Assembly: GCA_026387835.1 (NCBI GenBank)
Contig: JAPLKZ010000005.1
Coordinates: forward strand, 30,001 to 62,000
Length of the DNA: 32,000 bases
Source: Candidatus Saganbacteria bacterium
GTDB lineage: Bacteria > Margulisbacteria > WOR-1 > JAKLHX01
Direction: 5' to 3'
The position numbers were made by a program, and so were the translations under genes. Position 1 is the first letter of the stretch, and the number at the start of each line of letters is the position of its first letter. Below, piece by piece: positions 1 through 9,490 of the stretch. The notes beneath the pieces were generated by a model. It saw only the letters and a list, made by a program, of their open reading frames with translations, ran no database searches and was not told where the DNA came from.

Positions 1-40
1 AACCGTATCTGCTGACCGATAACATAAATGATATTCCTTT

Positions 41-940
41 TTACTTTCCTTTTTCCGCTATTCGTTTATCGCAACGCGCTTTGAGATCGGGACTCGCATT
101 AGGCTGATCTTTTATTAACCCGAGAATATAAACACTATTGGCCGCGGCAAAAAGCTTTTCAAGGTTGACTTCCTGCACGTAATGGTAAGGCACTCTTGCC
201 TGCGCCTTACGCATTCCTTCATCTGATGCTTTAGCCGGTTTATTTTTCAGGGCGATATCCCATAATATTGTAAGCGGAGTTTTGGGATGCGCGGCAATCT
301 CGTCCATCACAAGAATGTCTTTGCAGATCCCAAAGATATAAGTTATATCTCCTTCGGATAATTTTCCACTTAACCTGTTAAAAGCGTTGGCGCAGTCTCT
401 CGGGGATTTTTCGATTATTCGCATCAGTGTTTTTTTGCCGGCGAAATCCGCAAAGGATAAAAGCGCCAGCAAAGGGGATCCGCTGTCAAGGGACTCGACT
501 ATTCCCAAGATCTCACTATCAGAAATTATTGATTTTATAGGATAGAAAGCCGCTTCTTTCCTTTGATGTTCTACCCGGGGATTCATCATTATAGATTTGC
601 AGGCATCTTTAGGTACGATGCCGGCGGACAGATAGGGTTCGGCAATGGAAGTATCAGGCAAACTCATGAACGCCTGGTCCCTTATAGCTTTATGTACGGC
701 CGTAAGCCTTTCAACGGATATTGTCCCGGACCCGATCCTCATCACAAGCTGATCCACAACTAAATTTCTCACGATCAGATCATCAGATCTTGATAACCGT
801 CTCAACGTCCAATTATTGATGAACGGGTCTTCCGCTTTTCTTACGTTTGATGAAAGCGGATTATGCACACCCAAGAACCTTCCGTGTCCGAACATGAACT
901 TACCAAGCGTTGCGGTATGGCCGTATTTACTGACCAACAT
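41..940 (-). CDS. hypothetical protein (299 aa)
   Basis: Long ORF with normal codon character, not overlapped by a better candidate. No family recognised. Confidence 0.5.
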   Translation of the reverse strand: MLVSKYGHTATLGKFMFGHGRFLGVHNPLSSNVRKAEDPFINNWTLRRLSRSDDLIVRNLVVDQLVMRIGSGTISVERLTAVHKAIRDQAFMSLPDTSIAEPYLSAGIVPKDACKSIMMNPRVEHQRKEAAFYPIKSIISDSEILGIVESLDSGSPLLALLSFADFAGKKTLMRIIEKSPRDCANAFNRLSGKLSEGDITYIFGICKDILVMDEIAAHPKTPLTILWDIALKNKPAKASDEGMRKAQARVPYHYVQEVNLEKLFAAANSVYILGLIKDQPNASPDLKARCDKRIAEKGK

Positions 941-1072
941 AAGTGGTTCTCCTTTAATTCATTTATCTTGCAAATAGTTATCGGCATTATTTTATGTAAA
1001 TTTCACACATTTTTGATTTAGGATCCTATTTTGTTCGTGGGTGTAAATTGTGGTTTTGCTTTTATTAAAGCC

Positions 1073-1636
1073 TCAGATATTCAGGAAATTCCCCAGCAGT
1101 TTTTTACCATCCTTAGTGAGTATTGATTCCGGGTGGAACTGGACGCCTTCCACTTTGAATTCTTTATGACGTATCCCCATTATCTCGCCGTCTTTCGTCC
1201 AGGCGGATATCTCAAAACAGCCGGGAAGGCTTTCTTTTTCAACTATCAGGGAATGATATCTTGTCGCAGTGAAAGGATCGGGCAGGCCTTTGAAGATAGT
1301 TTTTCCGTCATGATGTATCTGCGAGGTCTTGCCGTGCATGAGGTTCACGGCGCGGACCACTTTCCCTCCAAGGGCTTCCGCTATGGACTGGTGGCCCAGG
1401 CAGACGCCGAGAATAGGGATTTTCCCAGCGAAATCCTTGACTACATCCATAGATATTCCGGCTTCTTTCGGGGTGCAGGGTCCCGGAGAGATAACGATCT
1501 TTTCGGGGGCAATATTTCTTATTTCATTTATCGTAATTTTGTCGTTGCGGTATACCCTCGTTTCGGCGCCGAGCTCGTTGAGATACTGCACGAGATTATA
1601 TGTGAACGAATCGTAATTATCTATCACGAGGAGCAT
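1073..1636 (-). CDS. trpG: anthranilate/para-aminobenzoate synthase glutamine amidotransferase component
   Basis: Class I GATase motifs: [52 protein letters not shown]. Confidence 0.95.
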   Translation of the reverse strand: MLLVIDNYDSFTYNLVQYLNELGAETRVYRNDKITINEIRNIAPEKIVISPGPCTPKEAGISMDVVKDFAGKIPILGVCLGHQSIAEALGGKVVRAVNLMHGKTSQIHHDGKTIFKGLPDPFTATRYHSLIVEKESLPGCFEISAWTKDGEIMGIRHKEFKVEGVQFHPESILTKDGKKLLGNFLNI

Positions 1637-2052
1637 AAATCCTCACCCCGCCTCGCCCCGCCTTTGGCGGGGACCCGGCACCCCTCTCCACTTCGTGGAG
1701 AGGGGAAAGCAAACTGTTTAAGCTTTTTAAGAACGCTGTTAATATCGGAGATCACCTCATCATTATTAAAACGCAAAATATTTATTCCCTTATTTTCAAT
1801 GATATTTTGTCTTGCCAGATCATATTCCTTTAAATTATGATGAATATTGCCGTCGATTTCAATCCCCAGCCTGATCTCAGGACAAAAAAAGTCCAAAATG
1901 AAACCATCCAAAGGGACTTGACGTCTGAATTTAAGCCCGCAAAGCCCGCGGTTACTCAGATATTTCCATAGAAGGATTTCTGCTCGCGTGGAACTCTTCC
2001 TTAGATCTCTTGCTGCCAGTATCGTCCGATATTTTTTATCTTTTTTTCTCAT
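1624..2052 (-). CDS. DUF559-domain (VSR/restriction-endonuclease-like fold) protein
   Basis: [52 protein letters not shown] is the typical DUF559 pattern. The listed ORF starts at 2103, but the internal ATG at 2052 (MRKKDKK) is more likely because the first 17 codons lie in the repeat or its edge. Confidence 0.85.
   Translation of the reverse strand: MRKKDKKYRTILAARDLRKSSTRAEILLWKYLSNRGLCGLKFRRQVPLDGFILDFFCPEIRLGIEIDGNIHHNLKEYDLARQNIIENKGINILRFNNDEVISDINSVLKKLKQFAFPSPRSGEGCRVPAKGGARRGEDLCSS
1637..1705. repeat. Left inverted-repeat end: TIR, hairpin 1656-1672 (CCCCGCC-ttt-GGCGGGG) and hairpin 1681-1705 (CCCCTCTCCAC-ttc-GTGGAGAGGGG)
   Basis: Read directly from the sequence. Confidence 0.9.
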
Positions 2053-2066
2053 GTCCAGCTTATTTA

Positions 2067-2126
2067 CCCCTCTCCATAAAATGGAGAGGGGTGCCCCGAG
2101 CAAAGCGAGGGGCGGGGTGAGGATTT
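2067..2126. repeat. Right inverted-repeat end: hairpin 2067-2091 (CCCCTCTCCAT-aaa-ATGGAGAGGGG), imperfect hairpin about 2093-2113, TIR 2111-2126
   Basis: Read directly. It is the reverse complement of the left end at the termini and in the hairpin stem. Confidence 0.9.
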
Positions 2127-2177
2127 TACATATTATATCATTTGTTATTGTTCGGGGCAGATGATAGAATTTCCGGT

Positions 2178-3227
2178 ATGAGCTACAGGCTGACAGGTGA
2201 AACTGAGAGGGAAGAGTTCGACAAGATCGCGGGGACCGGTTCCCAGGTCCTGCAGTCCTATGGATGGGGAGAAGTTAAGGGAGCTTTCGGCTGGAGCCCG
2301 ACAAGAGTACTGCTGGGATCGGGCGGATCTTTTTTGTTATTGAAAAAACAGCTGCCGCTTATAAAAAAATGTTTTTTCTACCTGCCGAGAGGCCCCCTGA
2401 TCGACTTTGGCAAAGAAAAGCAGGTCGAAGAATTCATCTCCGCCGCAGGCGGCCTTGCCAGAAAGGAGGGCGCTCTTTTTCTCCGCATGGACCCGGAGAT
2501 AAGCGAGGAAGATAATGAAGCTCTCTCGTTGCTGAAGAGCAAAGGATTCATCAAGGCAAGAAAAGAGGTCCAGCCGCGCTCTACATATATACTCGATCTC
2601 ACTTTGGACCTTGAAAAGATCAAGGCCGCCTTTGACGGCAAGTTCCGCTATAACATCCACGTCGCGGAAAAGCACGGCGTCACCGTGAGGCAGCAGAGCA
2701 GTGAAGATGCGCTTAAGGAATTCTACGGCATCTATAAAGAGACCTGTTCAAGGCAGAACTTCATCATTCACCCGTATTCCTATTACAAAAAGATCCTTGA
2801 AGAGATCATTTCGAAGGGGAACGGCACTTTTTTTATCGCATATCACGGCGGGGTCCCGATATCCGGGATCGTGGTCTTTACTTTCGGAAAAAGGGCCTGG
2901 TACATGTACGGCGCGTCTTCAAATGAATACAGGAACATGATGCCTAACAATCTTATCCACTGGGAAGTCATCAAATGGGCAAAAGAGAAAGGGCTCAGGG
3001 AATACGACCTGTGGGGAATACCTTCAAATCCGCATGAAAAACATCCTCTCTGGGGGGTTTACAGGTTCAAGAAAGGAATGGGAGGCAGGCTTGTAAAATA
3101 TATTGGGGCGTATGACCTTCCTTTTAACAGGGGCTTCTATCAATTATTTGATAAACTTATTATCGGGTACCAGAACACTGTCAGGTTCTTAAGAAAAGGC
3201 ACGATCTCGGATTCGCTGGCGGAATGA
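2178..3227 (+). CDS. FemAB/peptidoglycan-bridge (lipid II:glycine glycyltransferase-like) GNAT-fold protein
   Basis: QSYGWGEVKGAFGW, YFLPRGPLIDF, NIHVAEKHGVTVR, AWYMYGASSNEYRNMMPNNLIHWEVIKWAKEKGLREYDLWG...GVYRFKKGMGG are FemAB/FemX-type motifs. Start placed at MSYRLTGE. Confidence 0.85.
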   Translation: MSYRLTGETEREEFDKIAGTGSQVLQSYGWGEVKGAFGWSPTRVLLGSGGSFLLLKKQLPLIKKCFFYLPRGPLIDFGKEKQVEEFISAAGGLARKEGALFLRMDPEISEEDNEALSLLKSKGFIKARKEVQPRSTYILDLTLDLEKIKAAFDGKFRYNIHVAEKHGVTVRQQSSEDALKEFYGIYKETCSRQNFIIHPYSYYKKILEEIISKGNGTFFIAYHGGVPISGIVVFTFGKRAWYMYGASSNEYRNMMPNNLIHWEVIKWAKEKGLREYDLWGIPSNPHEKHPLWGVYRFKKGMGGRLVKYIGAYDLPFNRGFYQLFDKLIIGYQNTVRFLRKGTISDSLAE

Positions 3228-3232
3228 GCTAA

Positions 3233-4717
3233 ATGAAACTAAATGAACTGATAAAAAATATAAAGGTCACAAAGACAGAAGGGGACCTGGATTTCGATAT
3301 TTCCGGTATCGCTCATGATTCGAGAAAAGTGAAAAGCGGGGATGTCTTTGTAGCGGTGCCCGGGCTGGTGTATGACGGCACGCATTTTATACCTATGGCG
3401 CTTTCAAACGGAGCCGGCGCGGTCGTGACCGAAAAAGATGCGGACCTTGAGGGGAAAGCCGCAAAGATCATAGTCCCTTCATCAAGAACGGCCCTTGCCG
3501 ACCTTTCATGCGCGTATTTCGGATTTCCGTCAAGAAAGCTTAAGATCGCGGGTATAACCGGGACGAACGGAAAAACGACGACCGCATACCTCCTTGATTC
3601 TGTTTTCAGGAAAGCGGGGCTCAAGACAGGCCTGATAGGCACCGTGGAGACAAAGATAGGGGACAGGACAATAACTTCAGAACTGACGACTCCCGAATCA
3701 ACGCAGCTCCAGGGATATTTTGCCGAGATGATAAAAGAAGGCGTGACCCATGTCGCGATGGAAGTGTCCTCGCATTCTATCGCGATGAAAAGGATAAAGG
3801 GAATAGAGTTTGACGCGGCAGTCTATACGAACTTAAGCCACGACCACCTTGATTTCCACAAGACGCTCGAGGCCTATTTTGACACCAAGATGTACCTTTT
3901 CAGGACTCTCGGCTCGGGAAGCAAAAAGGATGTCCATGCGATAGTAAATGCCGATGACGGCTACTGCGATGCGGTCCTGGAAGAGACCGGCGCCGGAACG
4001 GTGACATATTCCCTGAAACACAAGGCGGATATTACGGCCAAGATACTGCGGTCAAGCCTTGACGGTCTTGAATTAGAGATAAAATATGCAGGCAGGACTT
4101 TCAAAATAATGTCTTCGCTGACCGGGGATTATAACGCGTATAACATCCTGGCCGCGTTCGCCTGCGCAGGCAGCATGGGTATCGATGAAAGAATGATCGT
4201 CGAAGGCATCGAAGCGCTGAAAGGCGTCCCGGGAAGGTTTGAAAAGATAGATGAAGGACAGGATTTCAGGGTGATCGTGGATTTTGCCCATTCTCCGGAC
4301 AGTCTTGAAAAAATATTGAAGTTCGCGTCAAACCTTAAAAAGGGCAGGGTGATATCGGTCTTCGGATGCACAGGGGAACGCGACAGGCTCAAACGGCCGC
4401 TGATGGGTGAAATATCATTCAGGAACGCAGATCTTACCATCCTTACATCGGATGACCCGCACGGAGAGGATGCTGACCGGATAATACAGGATGTAGAGGC
4501 GGGCCTCAAAAAAGCCGGTGCTGTCGCGGGCAAGCATTACCTGAAACTGCCCGACAGGAGGTCCGCGATAGAAAAATCAATTGAAATCGCTTCTCAAAAT
4601 GATATAGTAATAATTGCAGGCAGGGGGCATGAAAAGATACAGGAGATCAAAGGAAAAAACATCTATATCGATGACAGGGCAGTCGCAAGGCAGGCAATAC
4701 AAAAACGCGCTATATAA
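3233..4717 (+). CDS. murE: UDP-N-acetylmuramoyl-L-alanyl-D-glutamate--diamino acid ligase
   Basis: Mur ligase motifs: GITGTNGKTTTAYL, TSHDSRKVKSGDVFVAVPG-like N-terminus, MEVSSHSIAMKRIKG, YTNLSHDHLDFH, DFAHSPDSLEK, VFGCTGERDRLKRP, AGRGHE. Confidence 0.95.
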   Translation: MKLNELIKNIKVTKTEGDLDFDISGIAHDSRKVKSGDVFVAVPGLVYDGTHFIPMALSNGAGAVVTEKDADLEGKAAKIIVPSSRTALADLSCAYFGFPSRKLKIAGITGTNGKTTTAYLLDSVFRKAGLKTGLIGTVETKIGDRTITSELTTPESTQLQGYFAEMIKEGVTHVAMEVSSHSIAMKRIKGIEFDAAVYTNLSHDHLDFHKTLEAYFDTKMYLFRTLGSGSKKDVHAIVNADDGYCDAVLEETGAGTVTYSLKHKADITAKILRSSLDGLELEIKYAGRTFKIMSSLTGDYNAYNILAAFACAGSMGIDERMIVEGIEALKGVPGRFEKIDEGQDFRVIVDFAHSPDSLEKILKFASNLKKGRVISVFGCTGERDRLKRPLMGEISFRNADLTILTSDDPHGEDADRIIQDVEAGLKKAGAVAGKHYLKLPDRRSAIEKSIEIASQNDIVIIAGRGHEKIQEIKGKNIYIDDRAVARQAIQKRAI

Positions 4718-6998
4718 ATTCCTTTATTTTCCGATAATACTTGCTATCCTCGTCTCAGCTTCGTTTTCCTCTGACAGCGGACAGGAGATACCCGTAAGCC
4801 TCAAAGCCCAGCACCTCAAATTCGACCAGGATTCCGGCATAATATCCGCGAGCGGTTCAGTCGAAGCCGAATTCCAGGATGTGACCCTGTATGCCGATTC
4901 CCTGAAAGTCAATACGGGAACAAAGATCGCGACGGCGGAGGGGAACGTCAGGCTTAAAAGAAAAGATTACGAAGCTTCGGGAAGCAAGATGGTATATGAC
5001 ATGGAAAGCGAAACAGCTCACGTGAAAGACTTCCGCGCGTCCCTCTCCCCGTCTGAAATGAAAGGGAAGCTTTTTCTTGATCTGGAGGATGTGGACGATG
5101 AAAAAAATATAAAATACGGGCATAACGGGAACGCGACCACCTGTGACCTCGCAGAACCCCATTACCATATGGACGCGGGCAAGTTCTATTTTAAACCCGA
5201 CGACAAAGTCGTAGGGGTCAACGTGACCGCTTTTGTCGGTAATACTCCGGTGATGTGGTTCCCTTTTTACATCTACGACCTTGCAAAAAGAAAGGTCTCT
5301 TTGATGGTCCCTGTTATCGGAAGCAACGATATCGAAGGCAACTTCCTGAAATCAGAGATCGCGTATTTCTTCGGTTTTGATAAGTGGGGGTCAGTCTATG
5401 TCGACCTGATGAGCAAAAAGGGGGTAGGTTACGGCATAGAACATAATTACAAGCTCAACGAAAAGAACTCCGGTAAACTTTATGTCTATCATGTTTATGA
5501 ATCGGATACAGGCATCCCGGACTGGGTTGTAAAGCTGGACCATAAAGTCAAGCTCAGCAAATATACAAATCTTGCCCTCGGCTATGATTACAGGTATATC
5601 TATCTTGTCCCGAACAGCAGGCTGGACCAGACCGGTTATAAGATAGGGCTTGATTATAATAACGGCAAGGATACTTTCGCGACCTCGCTTGATGTCCTCA
5701 ATAACCGCATCAGCAGCCTTGGCGAATACACGTTCAGGATCGGAAGATCGGATGATATGTCCAGGACCAATTACATGTACAACACAAGGAACAGTATCGC
5801 CGCTGCCGGCTGGCAGAACGAGTCTCAGAGCTTTTCGCACAACCAGTGGCTTTTCAGCAAAGATCTCAACATATCTTTAGCAGCGAATTATTTCAGAAAT
5901 GTCACGGCAGAAGGCTATGCTTTCGACCAGAGGCTCGATCCGACTGTCGAGATTAACTGGAAGGGGAAAGGATTCAACTTGAGAGTGACGGAAGCGACGT
6001 ACATTGATCCTGACACAAATTCTTACACGGCTGACGAGAACGTGGAATATGTGGAGAAACTGCCCGAAGCCGTCCTGACGCTTGACACGACGCAGTTCGC
6101 GACGGTGAACGTGAAGTCCGAAGTAGCTTACGGAAAATATCACGAATCAAAATATATTCCCGCCACCAACAGCCAGCGGCATTATACCGCCGAAAGGTTC
6201 AAGGAAGCCGCGACATTTGACAAGGTCTTTACGCTGCCCCTGGGCAGCAGCTTGTCCGGTCTCTTCGGGGTCGAGCAGTACCAGTACGACACGGGGGACG
6301 AAAGATACGCGCAGAAAGAGAACTTCGCGCTTTCCACTGACCTGGGAGGTTTCTTTACCAACAGGGCGGTCTATGACAGGGCATACAGCGACGGGAACAG
6401 CCCTTTCTATTTTGACAGCGGAGGGTATCTTTTTAATACTTTAAAAGACACGGTCACGCTTTACAGGGGTAATGATAATAAATTCACTATTGACGGAGGG
6501 TATAATTATATTACAAATACATATATGGACCTTCTTACGAAGTATTACTTTAAACCAAATGATTCATTGAATCTTGATATATCTTCGGGTTATGATATAC
6601 AGGACGGAATATGGAGGGACCTGGTCACGCTGATAACCGTGGTTCCGTTCGCCGGTCTTAAGGACAGTCTCTCTCATACATACGACCTGAACACCGGGAA
6701 AACGAAACTCGCCACAAACCTGTTCGAATGGGAGATCGGGGATACCTGGCAGAGCAAGTGGAAGATAAGGCTGGGGCATACATTCGATTTTACGGTAAAT
6801 AAGGTAATATTACAGGACGCGGAGATAGTGAAAGACCTTCACTGCTGGGAGCTTAAATATACCTGGTCGGATTTCAGGAAGGAGTTCCGGATAATGCTGA
6901 CGCTCAAGGCTTTCCCCGACCAGCCGGTAGGTTACGGATCAGGAAGCAGAGGATTCTTTATGGAAGGGACGGATCAGGTGGGGCCGGTGAGGTACTAA
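4671..6998 (+). CDS. lptD: LPS-assembly protein LptD (OstA-type N-terminus plus beta-barrel)
   Basis: Signal-like N-terminus followed by LKAQHLKFDQDSGIISASGSVEAEFQDVTLYADSLKV...AEGNVRLKRKDYEASGSKMVYD, then a long beta-barrel region. The start at 4671 overlaps murE. Confidence 0.88.
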   Translation: MTGQSQGRQYKNALYKFLYFPIILAILVSASFSSDSGQEIPVSLKAQHLKFDQDSGIISASGSVEAEFQDVTLYADSLKVNTGTKIATAEGNVRLKRKDYEASGSKMVYDMESETAHVKDFRASLSPSEMKGKLFLDLEDVDDEKNIKYGHNGNATTCDLAEPHYHMDAGKFYFKPDDKVVGVNVTAFVGNTPVMWFPFYIYDLAKRKVSLMVPVIGSNDIEGNFLKSEIAYFFGFDKWGSVYVDLMSKKGVGYGIEHNYKLNEKNSGKLYVYHVYESDTGIPDWVVKLDHKVKLSKYTNLALGYDYRYIYLVPNSRLDQTGYKIGLDYNNGKDTFATSLDVLNNRISSLGEYTFRIGRSDDMSRTNYMYNTRNSIAAAGWQNESQSFSHNQWLFSKDLNISLAANYFRNVTAEGYAFDQRLDPTVEINWKGKGFNLRVTEATYIDPDTNSYTADENVEYVEKLPEAVLTLDTTQFATVNVKSEVAYGKYHESKYIPATNSQRHYTAERFKEAATFDKVFTLPLGSSLSGLFGVEQYQYDTGDERYAQKENFALSTDLGGFFTNRAVYDRAYSDGNSPFYFDSGGYLFNTLKDTVTLYRGNDNKFTIDGGYNYITNTYMDLLTKYYFKPNDSLNLDISSGYDIQDGIWRDLVTLITVVPFAGLKDSLSHTYDLNTGKTKLATNLFEWEIGDTWQSKWKIRLGHTFDFTVNKVILQDAEIVKDLHCWELKYTWSDFRKEFRIMLTLKAFPDQPVGYGSGSRGFFMEGTDQVGPVRY

Positions 6999-7000
6999 AT

Positions 7001-7681
7001 ATGATAAATTCGAAATTTGGAGCGTTTGTCATTTCGATCTTGTGCTTCGGATTTATCTTCGGTGGTTGCGCCAAGACTGTGGTGCCTCTGCCGAACGTGG
7101 GGAACCAGATCACGGTGACAATAACGCTGCGAGGGGATATCGATACGGTGAACAATAAATACTATATGATCTTCGGCAGCGCAAACCCGGCGATCCCTTA
7201 TATCGACAAACCGTCATATTTCTTCGCCCCGGGAGAAAACTACGATTCCCTCAAGATGAACGTTTCAAAAGACCTGAACTATTATTACACTTACTATTTC
7301 ACCACTTGGAACGACTATATCCTTTTGAAGAATGATTTTTATACCGTCATTAACGGCCCGTTCATATTAGCCAACCATGTGACATATACGGGCAGTTATC
7401 TTGATTTCAGGACAGCACCCGGCGACCCGTCACTAAAAAAGAAGATAATCCTTACTTTCAATTTTAACAAGTTGAGCACGCTTCCGGCCGACCTCTATTT
7501 TAATTTTGTCTGCGTGGACAAGGACGGCTACCAGAGAGATTATTTAAGAGCGACTGATAACAAAGTGTCGGTGAACGCCGGGACCACAATTTCGGATAAG
7601 TTGGAGCCGGCCGATCCTTTAATAGATCCGTCGCTCGATATAATATCATGGGGTATGGCGGTGCAAAATAATTCAAAATAA
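7001..7681 (+). CDS. Putative lipoprotein of unknown function
   Basis: Lipobox-like N-terminus (ILCFGFIFGGCAKT). Starts 2 nt after the lptD stop. Confidence 0.7.
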   Translation: MINSKFGAFVISILCFGFIFGGCAKTVVPLPNVGNQITVTITLRGDIDTVNNKYYMIFGSANPAIPYIDKPSYFFAPGENYDSLKMNVSKDLNYYYTYYFTTWNDYILLKNDFYTVINGPFILANHVTYTGSYLDFRTAPGDPSLKKKIILTFNFNKLSTLPADLYFNFVCVDKDGYQRDYLRATDNKVSVNAGTTISDKLEPADPLIDPSLDIISWGMAVQNNSK

Positions 7682-7693
7682 GAAAGAACCATT

Positions 7694-9109
7694 TTGAAAA
7701 ACATTCTTCTTTCGGTGATCTCCGGTTTATTGCTCACGCTGTGTTTCCCGAAGTTCGGGATCAGTATACTCGTATGGATCGCCCTGGTCCCTTTCTTTGT
7801 CTCCATATATTCTTCAAAGAACATAAAACAGGCTTTATTTTACGCCTTTATTTTCGGGATGTGTTACTTCGGCGGAGTCCTTTTTTGGGTTAGTTTAATA
7901 TCGCGCTGGGTAGGCGGTTTCGGTTACGTCGCATGGGTGCTGCTAAGTATCTATCAGACATTTTACATAATGCTTTTTGCCTATGCCGCTTTTTTGTCGA
8001 TGAATTCCTTTCATAAGTCAACAAATATGTTGTTGATACCCTTTTTGTGGGCTGCAGTCGAGTGGCTTCGCTGCTTCGGCGAGTTCGCGGTGCCTGGGGC
8101 TCTGCTCGGGCTGACTCAATACAGGAACCTTCCAATAATACAGATAGCGAATGTGTTCGGTGTCTTCGGCGTAAGCTTTATCATCGTAATAGTAAATTAT
8201 GTGATTTTTCTGGCCGTGATATCGGAGGGTTCATTTATCGAGAGGTTTATTAAGTTATGGCCGAAGATCGCTTTCGTGTCCGTGCTGGTGGTGGCGGTCT
8301 ACGCGAAGGGGATAGATGTCTTGAATGAGACTAATTATGACCCGTTCGAGCGGGAAATAAAGATCGCTGTCATACAGCCGGACATCGGACAGGAAGAAAA
8401 ACTCAATCCCAGGAACACTTATGACATGTTGAACCTGCTTGACTTCATGAGCAGGTCTTCTTTCATGGAAGCCCCGGATATAATAATATGGCCGGAAACG
8501 GCTGTCATGACGTTCATAGAAAAAGACGCGGCAGCCTTATCAAAGCTGAAGGATATAACAAAAAAAGGCAGATGCTATCTTGTGACGGGCGGCTTTTATT
8601 CAAAGGACGGGAAGATCTTCAATTCGGTCTTTTCTCTCTCTCCGGACGGAAAGATAATCTCAAGATATGACAAGGAGCATCTTGTGCCTTTCGGGGAATA
8701 TCTGCCTTTCAAATGGATGATCTATCCGTTCCTGAGGTCTACCGGATATTTTGAGACCGACCAGTACGGCGGCAAAGATCCCGGGCCTCTGTCGATCGGT
8801 TCCCTGAAAGCGGGATGCATGGTCTGTTTTGAGTCTTTGTTCGACGGCCTTGGCCGTCAGAGGAGCAAAGGGACCCATTTTCTTCTGACGGTCACTAACG
8901 ATGCATGGTTCGGTCAAAGCGCCGCGGCCGAGCAGCATATAATGGCGGCCCCGTTCAGGGCGATAGAGAACAGGAAATACCTGGTCCAGGCAGCCAACAC
9001 CGGGATAAGCGCGTTTGTCGACCCCTGCGGCAGGTTCATCAAAAGATCAGAGCTTGAGGAGCGCAGGGTCCTTATCTTGAACCTTCCTTTAAGTAGCGGA
9101 GTCCGATGA
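7694..9109 (+). CDS. lnt: Apolipoprotein N-acyltransferase
   Basis: N-terminal multi-TM region with FPKFG, then a nitrilase domain: IAVIQPDIGQEEK, IIIWPETAV, DKEHLVPFGEYLPF, CFESLF, LTVTNDAWFG, RAIENRKYLVQAANTGISAFVDPCGR. TTG start. Confidence 0.93.
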   Translation: MKNILLSVISGLLLTLCFPKFGISILVWIALVPFFVSIYSSKNIKQALFYAFIFGMCYFGGVLFWVSLISRWVGGFGYVAWVLLSIYQTFYIMLFAYAAFLSMNSFHKSTNMLLIPFLWAAVEWLRCFGEFAVPGALLGLTQYRNLPIIQIANVFGVFGVSFIIVIVNYVIFLAVISEGSFIERFIKLWPKIAFVSVLVVAVYAKGIDVLNETNYDPFEREIKIAVIQPDIGQEEKLNPRNTYDMLNLLDFMSRSSFMEAPDIIIWPETAVMTFIEKDAAALSKLKDITKKGRCYLVTGGFYSKDGKIFNSVFSLSPDGKIISRYDKEHLVPFGEYLPFKWMIYPFLRSTGYFETDQYGGKDPGPLSIGSLKAGCMVCFESLFDGLGRQRSKGTHFLLTVTNDAWFGQSAAAEQHIMAAPFRAIENRKYLVQAANTGISAFVDPCGRFIKRSELEERRVLILNLPLSSGVR

Positions 9110-9479
9110 CCACAGCGGCGTAATCATCATACGGTTCATGGGGTATCAAAAGGGTCCTGGGCACAAGCCGCAATAAACCTTTGGGCGGGTTCTCTTTCCA
9201 GTAGAGCCGTCTTGCTTCAAGCGTCGAGCCTTTTTCGTTGATGAAGATAACGCTTGCCTTGATATTAAGTGAAGATATTTTTTTCTCGATTATCCTTCCG
9301 GGCCCGCCGTTGCCTATCAGGATGATGCTGACAGCGTATTTGTAGCAGTAGGAAGGGATGTCGTCACTGAGCACGAGGGTCTTTATCACGGTCCTTTCAA
9401 GGATCTTTCCTGCAGGATCCAGCACAGCCAGGCCTGACTTGAATTTACCCGGGTCGATCGACAGGATATTTCCCTGCAT
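9072..9479 (-). CDS. RuvC/YqgF-like RNase H-fold protein
   Basis: ILSIDPGKFKSGLAVLD plus a C-terminal DDYAAVVIGLRYL. Pattern resembles the small RuvC-like proteins of the YqgF/RuvC superfamily. Confidence 0.6.
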   Translation of the reverse strand: MQGNILSIDPGKFKSGLAVLDPAGKILERTVIKTLVLSDDIPSYCYKYAVSIILIGNGGPGRIIEKKISSLNIKASVIFINEKGSTLEARRLYWKENPPKGLLRLVPRTLLIPHEPYDDYAAVVIGLRYLKEGSR

Positions 9480-9490
9480 TTTCGGCCTCC

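Larger units (their letters stand above)
1637..2126. mobile_element. Putative DUF559 cassette bounded by inverted repeats (non-autonomous or unknown mobility)
   Basis: Perfect 16 bp inverted repeats AAATCCTCACCCCGCC (1637-1652) and GGCGGGGTGAGGATTT (2111-2126), plus inner 11 bp hairpins at both ends, flank a single DUF559 ORF. Confidence 0.55.

Noticed and set aside
1133-1840. 235-aa plus-strand ORF antisense to trpG and DUF559
   Set aside because: Entirely antisense to a clear trpG, with no recognisable motif. Typical shadow ORF.
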